Sequence record: NC_047776.2 | Reading direction: 5' to 3' (one strand) | Source: Escherichia phage ESCO5 | DNA length: 64,000 nt | Shown: positions 56,158-63,838 of the stretch, piece after piece | How positions within the stretch are numbered: the first letter of the stretch is position 1 | Layout: each line of letters begins with the position of its first letter | Notes under the pieces: generated by a model | Told to the model about the DNA's origin: nothing | Databases searched by the model: none | The model's input: the letters and a program-made list of their open reading frames with translations, nothing else | Program-made: the position numbers and the translations under genes

Positions 56158-56430
56158 ATGGCATCATATAGCGCAACAATGATCGTAGCTGGCACCACTG
56201 GTAAACCTATGAGCGGTGGCGGATCTTTCGCAAATATCAACATTGACGGGCGTTTATCCCTGGACGCAGCGATCACCGTGGCGCGGGAAACATTTAAGAA
56301 AGAATGTAAATTCAATAAACAAGATTATCTCGGTTTTGCTATTGAAAAAACCGCGCGCTTTGTTGATTATAAAAGCCCGAAGATGGTTGATACTACACTA
56401 AAAGCGCAAGATGTAGCGTTTTTGCTTTAA
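56158..56430 (+). CDS. hypothetical small early-type protein
   Basis: 90-aa ORF. Confidence 0.5.
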   Translation: MASYSATMIVAGTTGKPMSGGGSFANINIDGRLSLDAAITVARETFKKECKFNKQDYLGFAIEKTARFVDYKSPKMVDTTLKAQDVAFLL

Positions 56431-56434
56431 GGCT

Positions 56435-56489
56435 TGACATTAACGAATAATTTGTTAATATGTTACATAAAGCGGGAATAGTTCCCGCT
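56435..56489 (+). promoter_or_regulatory. promoter plus 5' stem-loop cassette
   Basis: TTGACA, TTAATAT, hairpin agcgggaa-tag-ttcccgct. Confidence 0.5.
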
Positions 56490-56506
56490 ATTTGTAAGGT
56501 GGTAGA

Positions 56507-56764
56507 ATGTTTTACATCAAATTAAAAGGTCACGTGATCGCGTTCAAAGATAACGCTTTTTACAGATTAGCAAAATATGCGTTAATACATCCCCACTATG
56601 TTTATATAAGGGGGCGTGATGAAATAAATATCTTTGATCAAACAACATGCGAGAACATCGAGATCCGCAAGGTTGGCGTACGTGATTATCGTACATCTTT
56701 CTACCCTTGCAAGGATTCAGCAAGTCTTTTTAAAGTATGCCAATTGTTGAAAAAAGGTGGTTAA
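56507..56764 (+). CDS. hypothetical small early-type protein
   Basis: 85-aa ORF. Confidence 0.5.
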   Translation: MFYIKLKGHVIAFKDNAFYRLAKYALIHPHYVYIRGRDEINIFDQTTCENIEIRKVGVRDYRTSFYPCKDSASLFKVCQLLKKGG

Positions 56765-56765
56765 T

Positions 56766-57323
56766 ATGGGCCGCGAATATGTGATCCAGTCTTGGGTAAA
56801 ACATGAAGCAGATGATCCGCGCATCATTCCCGATCATCTTATCGATGAATCCACGGGATATAGCGGTGAGCAAATAGGTAACAGATTAGCACGTAGTAAC
56901 GGCAACGTAAAAGCGCGTTATGTGCGCCCTGGCTGGCTGGCAAATGGTAACGCTGATTTATCCAGTGCGGAAGATGCGAGCGACGGCGCGAAAGATAATC
57001 CTTTGTACAAAGTTGATCCGGCTTTTCGTGTCCTGGATGAATACCCCAGCAAGATAGCGGCGCTCGATCAGGCCCTGGAAAGTCAGCGCATCACCTGGAC
57101 CGCTTACAACATGGCAAAAAACGTACTTGATGGTAAATTGATTCAAGCTGAAAGAAAATTAGCCAAAATTGCAGCCATAGCCCAGGAGGAAGACGAGGAG
57201 ACAACGGAAGAGGAAGAGTACGAAGAGATCCCGCCGTTGTTGTGTGTTGATGCTTTTCCTGATTATCAGCCGACAGAGGAAGAAAAAAGGATCGCACTAG
57301 AAAACTTTGAAAATAGTCTTTGA
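56766..57323 (+). CDS. hypothetical protein with strongly acidic C-terminal region
   Basis: Start placed at the ATG after GGTGG; C-terminal EEDEETTEEEEYEEIPP. Confidence 0.5.
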   Translation: MGREYVIQSWVKHEADDPRIIPDHLIDESTGYSGEQIGNRLARSNGNVKARYVRPGWLANGNADLSSAEDASDGAKDNPLYKVDPAFRVLDEYPSKIAALDQALESQRITWTAYNMAKNVLDGKLIQAERKLAKIAAIAQEEDEETTEEEEYEEIPPLLCVDAFPDYQPTEEEKRIALENFENSL

Positions 57324-57376
57324 CATATCGCCGCCACTGGCATAATATTTACCACGTAGGGCGGCAATGGTGCCGC
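57319..57376 (+). promoter_or_regulatory. promoter plus 5' stem-loop cassette
   Basis: TTGACA-N17-TAATAT plus the same ttaccacgtagggcggcaatggtgccgctca leader as at 55821 and 60166. Confidence 0.55.
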
Positions 57377-57404
57377 TCATAGTGAAATTATGCAAGAGGC
57401 TTAC

Positions 57405-57500
57405 AATGATTAATAAAGGAAATAGCTTGACGGTTGGAACGATTAACGCTATCATTCTCGCCGTTCCATTTTGGGTTGTAGTAGCGGCTATTATTTTCTA
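57405..57500 (+). CDS. hypothetical 31-aa hydrophobic peptide
   Basis: Only ORF available downstream of the cassette before the next promoter (MINKGNSLTVGTINAIILAVPFWVVVAAIIF). Confidence 0.3.
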
Positions 57501-57510
57501 AAAAATATTC

Positions 57511-57563
57511 TTGACAACGTTTTTTAATCTGATAAGATGTATCACATAGGGCGGCGGAATACT
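57511..57563 (+). promoter_or_regulatory. promoter plus 5' stem-loop cassette
   Basis: TTGACA, gataagat, hairpin gggcggcggaatacttccccgcc. Confidence 0.5.
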
Positions 57564-57592
57564 TCCCCGCCAAAACAAAAAAGGGTAACACA

Positions 57593-57955
57593 ATGAGCAA
57601 GCAAATCAATACTATCATGTTAAACCTGGTATCCTTCCGCGATGATATGAAAAATTTACCACGTGAAACGGTTGATATTCATGTTTCAGCTTATCGCGCC
57701 CTTATTGACATGTTACCGCTAAAACGTGATCAACATGCCGCTAATATGATGCTTAATGCTATGCTTAAAAAAATGATTCAAACGGATCTCACTCTGGCGT
57801 ATGAGTATCAAGGGCGCTTATATGCAACTTACAACAAGGCGGTACCTGGTCTGGGAAGTACCGAAGAGTTGCACGGCTTAAACCTGGATCAAAACACTTG
57901 GGATAGTATGCGCCGCGTTATGGTATGGGCCGAAAGCGGTAAAATTTACGAATAA
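57593..57955 (+). CDS. hypothetical early-type protein
   Basis: 120-aa ORF. Confidence 0.5.
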   Translation: MSKQINTIMLNLVSFRDDMKNLPRETVDIHVSAYRALIDMLPLKRDQHAANMMLNAMLKKMIQTDLTLAYEYQGRLYATYNKAVPGLGSTEELHGLNLDQNTWDSMRRVMVWAESGKIYE

Positions 57956-57961
57956 AAACGG

Positions 57962-58022
57962 TTGACACTGTTTAAAATTCTAGTATAGTTTACCACATAG
58001 GGCGGGAAGTGGTTTCCCGCCA
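57962..58022 (+). promoter_or_regulatory. promoter plus 5' stem-loop cassette
   Basis: TTGACA-N16-TATAGT, hairpin ggcgggaa-gtggt-ttcccgcc; leader nearly identical to the one at 58748. Confidence 0.55.
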
Positions 58023-58043
58023 ACAATGAAAAAGGTTATCATC

Positions 58044-58409
58044 ATGGCTATTAATATTAATGTTTCCTCTTATGCTACCCTGGCTAACACGGCTAAAATT
58101 GAATTATCCAGCATTGAGGCGGTGCATATTAGCGCCCGTCGCTGGTTTCAACAGTCCTACGGTAACACATATTTTTCTTTAATGGTTGACGTTGAGATCG
58201 GCGGCAAACTGATTGAAGTGGTAAACGTGCCGTTCCAATATGGATACGGGGATCACTTTGACACTGTAGCAATGGAAGAATTTAGCAAGGTTATTAATAT
58301 GGAAGGTAAAGAGTTTTCACGCGGCGAGTATCTTTCCCGTTTTTGCCGTGACAATGGGATCACTGTATACAGTCATGCAAGCGATGTTAAACGTAAAAAA
58401 GATCTATAA
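58044..58409 (+). CDS. hypothetical early-type protein
   Basis: Start placed at ATGGCT by analogy with the duplicated leader at 58830 (aaaggttatcatcATGgct). Confidence 0.5.
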   Translation: MAININVSSYATLANTAKIELSSIEAVHISARRWFQQSYGNTYFSLMVDVEIGGKLIEVVNVPFQYGYGDHFDTVAMEEFSKVINMEGKEFSRGEYLSRFCRDNGITVYSHASDVKRKKDL

Positions 58410-58415
58410 AAAGCA

Positions 58416-58476
58416 TTGACAGCACGAATAAAAAGAGTAAACTGTATTACATAGAGAGCGGGAACACTTCCCGCCT
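58416..58476 (+). promoter_or_regulatory. promoter plus 5' stem-loop cassette
   Basis: TTGACA, weak -10, hairpin agcgggaa-cac-ttcccgcc. Confidence 0.45.
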
Positions 58477-58498
58477 CACTGAAAAAGAGAGAAAAATC

Positions 58499-58738
58499 AT
58501 GGCTAAATCTAAAATTTACAACGGTCACAAAAACAAAACTCATTGGAATGTAAGCCTTTGGATCAACAACGATGAAGGTTTTTATAATCTTGCGCGTGAA
58601 TTTATTGCAGCTAACACCAATAAGAATGACGCAGCGCGTGATATGATGTTATTTCTTGAAAGTATGGATCAAGATAAAACGCCAGACGGTTACAAGTTCA
58701 GTAAAACTGCAATCCGTGCCGCTATGGTAGGAATGTAA
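58499..58738 (+). CDS. hypothetical small early-type protein
   Basis: 79-aa ORF. Confidence 0.5.
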   Translation: MAKSKIYNGHKNKTHWNVSLWINNDEGFYNLAREFIAANTNKNDAARDMMLFLESMDQDKTPDGYKFSKTAIRAAMVGM

Positions 58739-58747
58739 TAAAATAGC

Positions 58748-58807
58748 TTGACACTGATTTTTATTCTGGTATAGTTTATCACATAGGGCGGGAAGTGGTT
58801 TCCCGCC
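58748..58807 (+). promoter_or_regulatory. promoter plus 5' stem-loop cassette
   Basis: TTGACA-N16-TATAGT, hairpin ggcgggaa-gtggt-ttcccgcc. Confidence 0.55.
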
Positions 58808-58829
58808 AAATCAAAGAAAGGTTATCATT

Positions 58830-59057
58830 ATGGCTATCGTTATTGTTCGCGTATCCGGCACGGTTGGAATCTCCCAGGTAGTAGCAGTTATCACCGAGAA
58901 GAAAGGGGATGATCTTCACTCTTCCTTGAATAGCTGGGCGGTCGCTAACTTCGGGCAATGGTCGAGCGTCGAGTACATCGAATCCTACCAGGTGCCGACG
59001 ATTAGCCTAACCGATCTCAACGTTGATCGCTTGTTGTGCCTGGATGAATTAATCTGA
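58830..59057 (+). CDS. hypothetical small early-type protein
   Basis: 75-aa ORF. Confidence 0.5.
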   Translation: MAIVIVRVSGTVGISQVVAVITEKKGDDLHSSLNSWAVANFGQWSSVEYIESYQVPTISLTDLNVDRLLCLDELI

Positions 59058-59067
59058 AAAAAGATTA

Positions 59068-59124
59068 TTGACACCGGAAAGAAAAAGAGTAGAATATATT
59101 ACATAGGGCGGCAATGGTGCCGCT
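59068..59124 (+). promoter_or_regulatory. promoter plus 5' stem-loop cassette
   Basis: TTGACA-N16-TAGAAT, hairpin gggcggcaatggtgccgc. Confidence 0.55.
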
Positions 59125-59146
59125 CACAACTAAAAGAGAAATCATC

Positions 59147-59341
59147 ATGGCGCTTAAAAAACTAACAAGCAATACTCGTTGGGATGAAATTGACGGGGAA
59201 GTATACATTTTCGCCCGTAAACCAGGTGATCAAAAATGGTCAAAGGCTTTTACTTGCCACCCTGCAACAATAGACCTGATAAAAAGGGAAGGTTTACGTG
59301 AAGCGGTAGCAAGAAGTTTACTGATCCCTTATAAAAAATAG
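59147..59341 (+). CDS. hypothetical small early-type protein
   Basis: Start placed at the ATG (MALKKLTS...); the track start at 59114 lies inside the hairpin. Confidence 0.5.
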   Translation: MALKKLTSNTRWDEIDGEVYIFARKPGDQKWSKAFTCHPATIDLIKREGLREAVARSLLIPYKK

Positions 59342-59342
59342 T

Positions 59343-59405
59343 TTGACAATATGCTGTTATCTGGTAAAGTGTACGACATAGGGCGGGGCAATAAGGCAAC
59401 GCCCA
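59343..59405 (+). promoter_or_regulatory. promoter plus 5' stem-loop cassette
   Basis: TTGACA, TAAAGT, hairpin gggcg-gggcaataaggcaa-cgccc. Confidence 0.45.
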
Positions 59406-59422
59406 TTAATGAGGGTAGAATC

Positions 59423-59527
59423 ATGTTAGAGAAAATTTTCACGGTTGTAATAGTTGGCCTGGCGTTATCGGTTGGATTGGTTGCAACTATGGCTAACATG
59501 ATCCTATCTTCCCACGGTATTGGATAA
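59423..59527 (+). CDS. hypothetical 34-aa membrane peptide
   Basis: First ORF after the cassette (MLEKIFTVVIVGLALSVGLVATMANMILSSHGIG). Confidence 0.3.
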   Translation: MLEKIFTVVIVGLALSVGLVATMANMILSSHGIG

Positions 59528-59537
59528 GGTGAATCAA

Positions 59538-59753
59538 ATGATCACGAATAAGACAGGTAAAACAGAATTTTTACGCGGCTTGCAAATAGGTAAACCTGAG
59601 ATCTGGCATTGCACTAAATCCGCGCATAATGAAATGAAAGATTTTACCGCTACTTTACAACGTGTTAAAATATCTATCACACAGAAAAAAGCCTTGTTAG
59701 TAGTAGAAAACGAGATCCCGCAAACTATTATTATTGTCGAGCGTACAGCATGA
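59538..59753 (+). CDS. hypothetical small early-type protein
   Basis: Start placed at the ATG after AAGGTG (MITNKTGK...). Confidence 0.45.
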   Translation: MITNKTGKTEFLRGLQIGKPEIWHCTKSAHNEMKDFTATLQRVKISITQKKALLVVENEIPQTIIIVERTA

Positions 59754-60136
59754 AAACAGAAATCATTATTGAAATCATCAACGGCTATAAAGAAGCCTTT
59801 ATTTTTGCTGAATCAGCAAGGGATCATGAAGGTAATTTTATTGATAACTTAGACGATTATGATTTTTCTCCTAGCGCGGACGAACGGATCGCCCAAGATG
59901 TAACAGCCTTTATTAATGCTAATCTTGCCGCTATCTCTGAGGCAATGAGCGACGGCGCAACAGCCAACCAGATCGGGAATGATTTACATTTTACCCGTAA
60001 CGGTCACGGCGTAGGCTTTTGGGATCGCCCTGAAATATACACCACTAACACGGCGAACCGCCTAACCAATGCAGCTAAGTTTATGCCGAACGTGTCGGCT
60101 TACATTGGTGAAGATAATTTGATTTATATTGAATAA
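59750..60136 (+). CDS. hypothetical early-type protein
   Basis: 128-aa ORF; ATGA overlap with the upstream gene. Confidence 0.5.
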   Translation: MKTEIIIEIINGYKEAFIFAESARDHEGNFIDNLDDYDFSPSADERIAQDVTAFINANLAAISEAMSDGATANQIGNDLHFTRNGHGVGFWDRPEIYTTNTANRLTNAAKFMPNVSAYIGEDNLIYIE

Positions 60137-60142
60137 AAAGTA

Positions 60143-60254
60143 TTGACACAGATCGCCAGTGTGCTAATATTTACCACGTAGGGCGGCAATGGTGCCGCTG
60201 ACACAGATCGCCAGTGTGCTAATATTTACCACGTAGGGCGGCAATGGTGCCGCC
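60143..60254 (+). promoter_or_regulatory. tandemly duplicated promoter plus stem-loop cassette
   Basis: TTGACA at 60143-60148; the 55-bp unit gacacagatcgccagtgtgctaatatttaccacgtagggcggcaatggtgccgc(t/c) occurs twice head-to-tail (60145-60199, 60200-60254). Confidence 0.6.
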
Positions 60255-60272
60255 GATAATGAGGAAAGTAAA

Positions 60273-60572
60273 ATGGAAACTATCGCTATTGTTACCGTAG
60301 AAAAACTGGTTGTTGGTGATGTATTCGCGTTAATGGTGCCTAACAGCAGCAAGCTGGGCGCTTATGAAGTAATGGATCATAAAAATGAATCATTTGGCGA
60401 CGGTTGCACAATGGCGGTAAAATCTTTAAAGGATGGAATCATCCGCCAGGCTAACTGGCACAAAGGGAATCAAGTCGGTTTAATATCAGCTAATTTCTTG
60501 CCAGAAGAGCAAACGTTAGACCAACTATCAGGCGGTAAGACGTTAGCCGAACTACTGGAAACAGCGATCTAA
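60273..60572 (+). CDS. hypothetical early-type protein
   Basis: 99-aa ORF with RBS GAGGAAAG. Confidence 0.5.
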   Translation: METIAIVTVEKLVVGDVFALMVPNSSKLGAYEVMDHKNESFGDGCTMAVKSLKDGIIRQANWHKGNQVGLISANFLPEEQTLDQLSGGKTLAELLETAI

Positions 60573-60580
60573 TCAACAAA

Positions 60581-60596
60581 GGGGCGGCAACGCCCC
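60581..60596 (+). promoter_or_regulatory. intercistronic GC stem-loop (no -35/-10 recognised)
   Basis: ggggcg-gcaa-cgcccc between two genes, no U-tract; likely RNA stability or processing element. Confidence 0.4.
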
Positions 60597-60616
60597 ACAT
60601 CAGAAAGGAAAAGATT

Positions 60617-60853
60617 ATGAGTATTGCAACAGTATTAAACGCCGTTAAAACCGCTGAATCATCCGGCTTGCATGTTGAGCTTATAGATCAACCAGGTGGC
60701 GATCTCCTTGTCCAGGTTTACCCGCCGAAAGTAGGGGATGATTATTATTGGGCTTATTCTGATACGTTCGAACAAGTAGACACGAAAGCGATCACGGCTT
60801 TTATTTTAAAAACTATTGAAGAAAATAACTTTCATCATAACATCAATCAATAA
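60617..60853 (+). CDS. hypothetical small early-type protein
   Basis: 78-aa ORF. Confidence 0.5.
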   Translation: MSIATVLNAVKTAESSGLHVELIDQPGGDLLVQVYPPKVGDDYYWAYSDTFEQVDTKAITAFILKTIEENNFHHNINQ

Positions 60854-60863
60854 ACCATAAGCG

Positions 60864-60879
60864 GGGCGGTAACGCCCCA
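60864..60879 (+). promoter_or_regulatory. intercistronic GC stem-loop
   Basis: ggggcg-gtaa-cgcccc, same type as at 60581. Confidence 0.4.
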
Positions 60880-60907
60880 TTAAACGCAATAGGAAGAGGA
60901 TAGACGC

Positions 60908-61198
60908 ATGAAAAAGATGATCGCAGTAGTTGCCCTGGTTGTTGGTATTAACGCGCCTGTACTGGCTAATGAGTTGCCAGAATCCATCACGCTAACCGAT
61001 ATCAACGCAATAAACCGGATCGGCGTTAATTATCGCCTATGCCTTGCCGCTAAAACTTTCCAGGACGGCACGACAGAATACCACGGATTCGAGGGTATCC
61101 GCTGCGGTGAGCTTGCACGCGACCTTAAGGAAGATCCAGACCTTGAGGCCATACCGATGACCGTAAACGGTAAAGCTTACGTAAACCGCCAACAATGA
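60908..61198 (+). CDS. hypothetical secreted protein
   Basis: 96 aa; N-terminal signal-like MKKMIAVVALVVGINAPVLA. Confidence 0.5.
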   Translation: MKKMIAVVALVVGINAPVLANELPESITLTDINAINRIGVNYRLCLAAKTFQDGTTEYHGFEGIRCGELARDLKEDPDLEAIPMTVNGKAYVNRQQ

Positions 61199-61215
61199 GA
61201 AAGGTAATCATCACA

Positions 61216-61329
61216 ATGGGGATCGTAGTAGCAACGCTGGCGCTTATCCCCTTCATGGTTGAACATGTGCTGATCAGTGTTGTCCTTGTAGTCAGTGACC
61301 TATTGGAAACGGTTGGCACCTGGTTTTAA
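61216..61329 (+). CDS. hypothetical 37-aa membrane peptide
   Basis: RBS AAAGGTAA then ATG; hydrophobic product; followed by a terminator-like hairpin. Confidence 0.3.
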   Translation: MGIVVATLALIPFMVEHVLISVVLVVSDLLETVGTWF

Positions 61330-61334
61330 GATAA

Positions 61335-61366
61335 TAAATAGGGCTTGCAATAGTCCTATTTTTTGT
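61335..61366 (+). terminator. terminator-like hairpin with T-run
   Basis: Imperfect hairpin tagggc...gtccta followed by ttttttg. Confidence 0.35.
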
Positions 61367-61503
61367 TATACTTATTGAACGGGCGGCACCTGGGAGCAGG
61401 GGAAGATAATCACCGGAAGACCCCGCTATATATTGATAACTAACGCCTATCAAACAACAAAACATCAAAGGAACAAACTATCAAATCTTTACAATTCTAC
61501 CTA

Positions 61504-61562
61504 TTGACACCGGATCACGCTTACATTATTATTTATCACGTAGGGCGGGAATGTTTCCCGCC
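61504..61562 (+). promoter_or_regulatory. promoter plus 5' stem-loop cassette
   Basis: TTGACA-N17-TATTAT, hairpin ggcgggaa-tg-tttcccgcc. Confidence 0.55.
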
Positions 61563-61580
61563 TGATTTAGGAGTCATATC

Positions 61581-61814
61581 ATGATCGAACAAATTAAAAG
61601 CACTAAACCAAATGTTAACGGTAATGTTTCTCACTTTATCGGGGATAATGAAAGAGGTACACCGTACGCCGCCGTAACCGTTCAACCGAACGGGGATTAT
61701 TGGTTTACCGTGTACGGATCTTACTCTTTTGGACGTTCGGCACATGATAAGATCTTGCAAGTGGTTAAGCCTACTGGGAAGAATATCACAGCAGAAAAAT
61801 TTTATAAAAAATAG
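61581..61814 (+). CDS. hypothetical small early-type protein
   Basis: 77-aa ORF with RBS AGGAG. Confidence 0.5.
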   Translation: MIEQIKSTKPNVNGNVSHFIGDNERGTPYAAVTVQPNGDYWFTVYGSYSFGRSAHDKILQVVKPTGKNITAEKFYKK

Positions 61815-61815
61815 C

Positions 61816-61875
61816 TTGCTTTATAGCTCCTGTTAACTTATAGTTATTGCGTAGGGCGAGCAATACAGCAAGCCC
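61816..61875 (+). promoter_or_regulatory. promoter plus 5' stem-loop cassette (variant)
   Basis: TTGCTT-N17-TATAGT then gcgtagggcgagcaatacagcaagccc. Confidence 0.45.
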
Positions 61876-61892
61876 ACAAAGAGGAAAATAAA

Positions 61893-62261
61893 ATGAGCAA
61901 ATCAGCAATTAAAGCACTTGAAAAAGCACAAGAAGTGATCGCAACGTCAACCACTGGCGCAAAGGTTAATCTCGTTTGTTATCTGACAGATGAAACTATC
62001 CGTAAAAATTGGCGTAATGCTGATTTACTGGCTTGCTTATTGATTAATAGTGTCGCTAATGCTTTCCAGTGTGAAACAGCCGAGAGCCTGGAGGAAAACT
62101 TGTTTGATAATATGGATCAAGCCATTGAAACCTATATACAATCAAACCTGGATAGCTGGAACAGTAAAACATGGCCCGACAATTTACGCGATACAACTGA
62201 TCAACTGATCCGCCTTGCCCTGATGGTTGAACGCGATAACGTTCACAACCGCACAAAGTAA
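61893..62261 (+). CDS. hypothetical early-type protein
   Basis: 122-aa ORF with RBS AGAGGAAA. Confidence 0.5.
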   Translation: MSKSAIKALEKAQEVIATSTTGAKVNLVCYLTDETIRKNWRNADLLACLLINSVANAFQCETAESLEENLFDNMDQAIETYIQSNLDSWNSKTWPDNLRDTTDQLIRLALMVERDNVHNRTK

Positions 62262-62326
62262 GATTATACAAGGGCGCACTAAGCGCCCTTTAACGTAAAG
62301 AAATGTAAATAATGCGCTATCCCCTA

Positions 62327-62355
62327 TTGACAGGGGATCGGCGTTATATTATATT
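62327..62355 (+). promoter_or_regulatory. sigma70-like promoter (TTGACA-N17-TATATT)
   Basis: The -35 sits in a small palindrome cccctattgacagggg; preceded by hairpin agggcgcactaagcgccct at about 62270-62290. Confidence 0.5.
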
Positions 62356-62400
62356 TAACTCACTGGCAGCAAACAACGAAATGAAACAAAGGATAACAAC

Positions 62401-62820
62401 ATGAACATTAAATCAAATAATCCGGCTTACTCTTTCGATAATGCTTTTTGTCACGGGAGCGCCGCTAAAGGCTTCGAAATTGAGGGTAAGCTGGTTATTG
62501 TGAACGTTGACGGGGAAGAGGTTGCAGTATATCCGGCAAACGATGTTAAAAGCCGTCTACAATGCCGCATGGATGTTACCGCATATCAGCTTGATCCGAT
62601 CCGTGTAGTTGCCCTGGTCCTGGAGGAAGAGATCAAAGCAATGCATCATAGCAATAAGTTTATTGGTGACGCGCAGGACAATATGAAAGTATGCCGCAGT
62701 AAAGTTAACGAAGCATTGAAAGAATACGGTTTTAAGGATCTGATGATTAAACGTGATGAAAAATTCCGCTTTCGTAATGACCTGGCGAACCGGATCTACT
62801 CAATCTATGAAGCGTTATAA
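62401..62820 (+). CDS. hypothetical early-type protein
   Basis: 139-aa ORF, last gene before the terminator and the non-coding region. Confidence 0.5.
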   Translation: MNIKSNNPAYSFDNAFCHGSAAKGFEIEGKLVIVNVDGEEVAVYPANDVKSRLQCRMDVTAYQLDPIRVVALVLEEEIKAMHHSNKFIGDAQDNMKVCRSKVNEALKEYGFKDLMIKRDEKFRFRNDLANRIYSIYEAL

Positions 62821-62834
62821 TTGACAACAAAACA

Positions 62835-62862
62835 AGGGCGCACCAAGCGCCCTTTCTTTTTG
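62835..62862 (+). terminator. rho-independent terminator
   Basis: agggcg-caccaa-gcgccct hairpin followed by ttctttttg. Confidence 0.65.
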
Positions 62863-63069
62863 CCCGAACAATGTTGATAGATTCCGCCTATGAAAAACCG
62901 ACACAGAACAAAATTGCATAATTTGCGCTATCGAGCTAATCAACCAGCAAACGAATAACCATACACCCCAGGGTTACAGGCTGTTAGAGAGCTATTTAGA
63001 GCGGTTAAAATCGATCAACAACCAACAACAAACAACCGAAAAAGGCTGTTTTCTTCCTTTCCAGTGCAA

Positions 63070-63084
63070 TGATAACCATTATCA
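63070..63084. promoter_or_regulatory. Fur-box-like 7-1-7 palindrome
   Basis: TGATAAC-C-ATTATCA matches the Fur 7-1-7 consensus (tGATAATnATTATCa) at 14 of 15 positions. Confidence 0.4.
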
Positions 63085-63139
63085 TCTACCCTTGCGTATC
63101 TATACAATATAAGTGCATAACTATAATGTTGATAATAGT

Positions 63140-63330
63140 TCGCAACAACTAACCAACCAACAACCTAAAACAATAAGCAAACTAATCATAATCAAAGGAA
63201 TAATAGCAAGATGATTGATAACGACAAACAATCAAACCATGATGAATACTAAGCAAGATAACGATAACACGACAAAACAACCAACTAACGAACAATAACA
63301 AACGAAACCATTAAAATAATAACTATTAGC
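63140..63330 (+). repeat. A+C-rich strand-skewed low-complexity region (non-coding)
   Basis: About 190 bp made almost entirely of A and C with few G or T (caacaactaaccaaccaacaacctaaaacaataagcaaac...); no ORF. Confidence 0.5.
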
Positions 63331-63480
63331 AAAATAGTGCCTGAATGAAATCATTACAAAACGAATCATTCACAGAGTCATCATTAGCACGCTATGCCGG
63401 ACACATAGCGAGCTAATAATAAGCCAACTACACCCCAACAATCATAACCATCGGTGACGGTTATTTCTTGTTACTGCGTA

Positions 63481-63499
63481 GCTTGCAATAATTGCAAGC
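63481..63499. repeat. perfect 19-bp palindrome
   Basis: gcttgcaat-a-attgcaagc. Confidence 0.6.
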
Positions 63500-63823
63500 G
63501 TAATGACGCTTACACTTATTGCGCTGGCTTATTATTAGCATTATATGTAATTACCAAGATCATAACATTAGCGCAATAACAATAATCATTGTAATGATTA
63601 TGTAAGGAAACAATTAGCATGGCAATAATTATGGGGGCAATGGGAGGATGATTATCATCATTCCGATACATTGCACACTATGCACATAATAGAATAAAAG
63701 TCAATAATTTTGGGGGCGAAATGTTACCGCCACAGGCGGGAATGTTGAGCAAGTTCTCTTAAACGTAAATAAAATCAGAAAATTCTTGATTTATTTTGGC
63801 TTTTATGTTAATAAACGTTTAAA

Positions 63824-63838
63824 TAATAATCATTCTCA
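63824..63838. promoter_or_regulatory. Fur-box-like palindrome
   Basis: TAATAAT-C-ATTCTCA, same half-site (ATTCTCA) as at 55140-55154; related sites at 63581-63601 and 63648-63663. Confidence 0.35.

Noticed and set aside
55791-62355. Possible CRISPR array suggested by the recurring GC-rich hairpin sequences (tagggcggcaatggtgccgc and variants).
   Set aside because: Repeats are 250-600 bp apart, each sits directly after a -35/-10 promoter and before an ORF with RBS, and the intervening sequences are protein-coding; not a repeat-spacer array.
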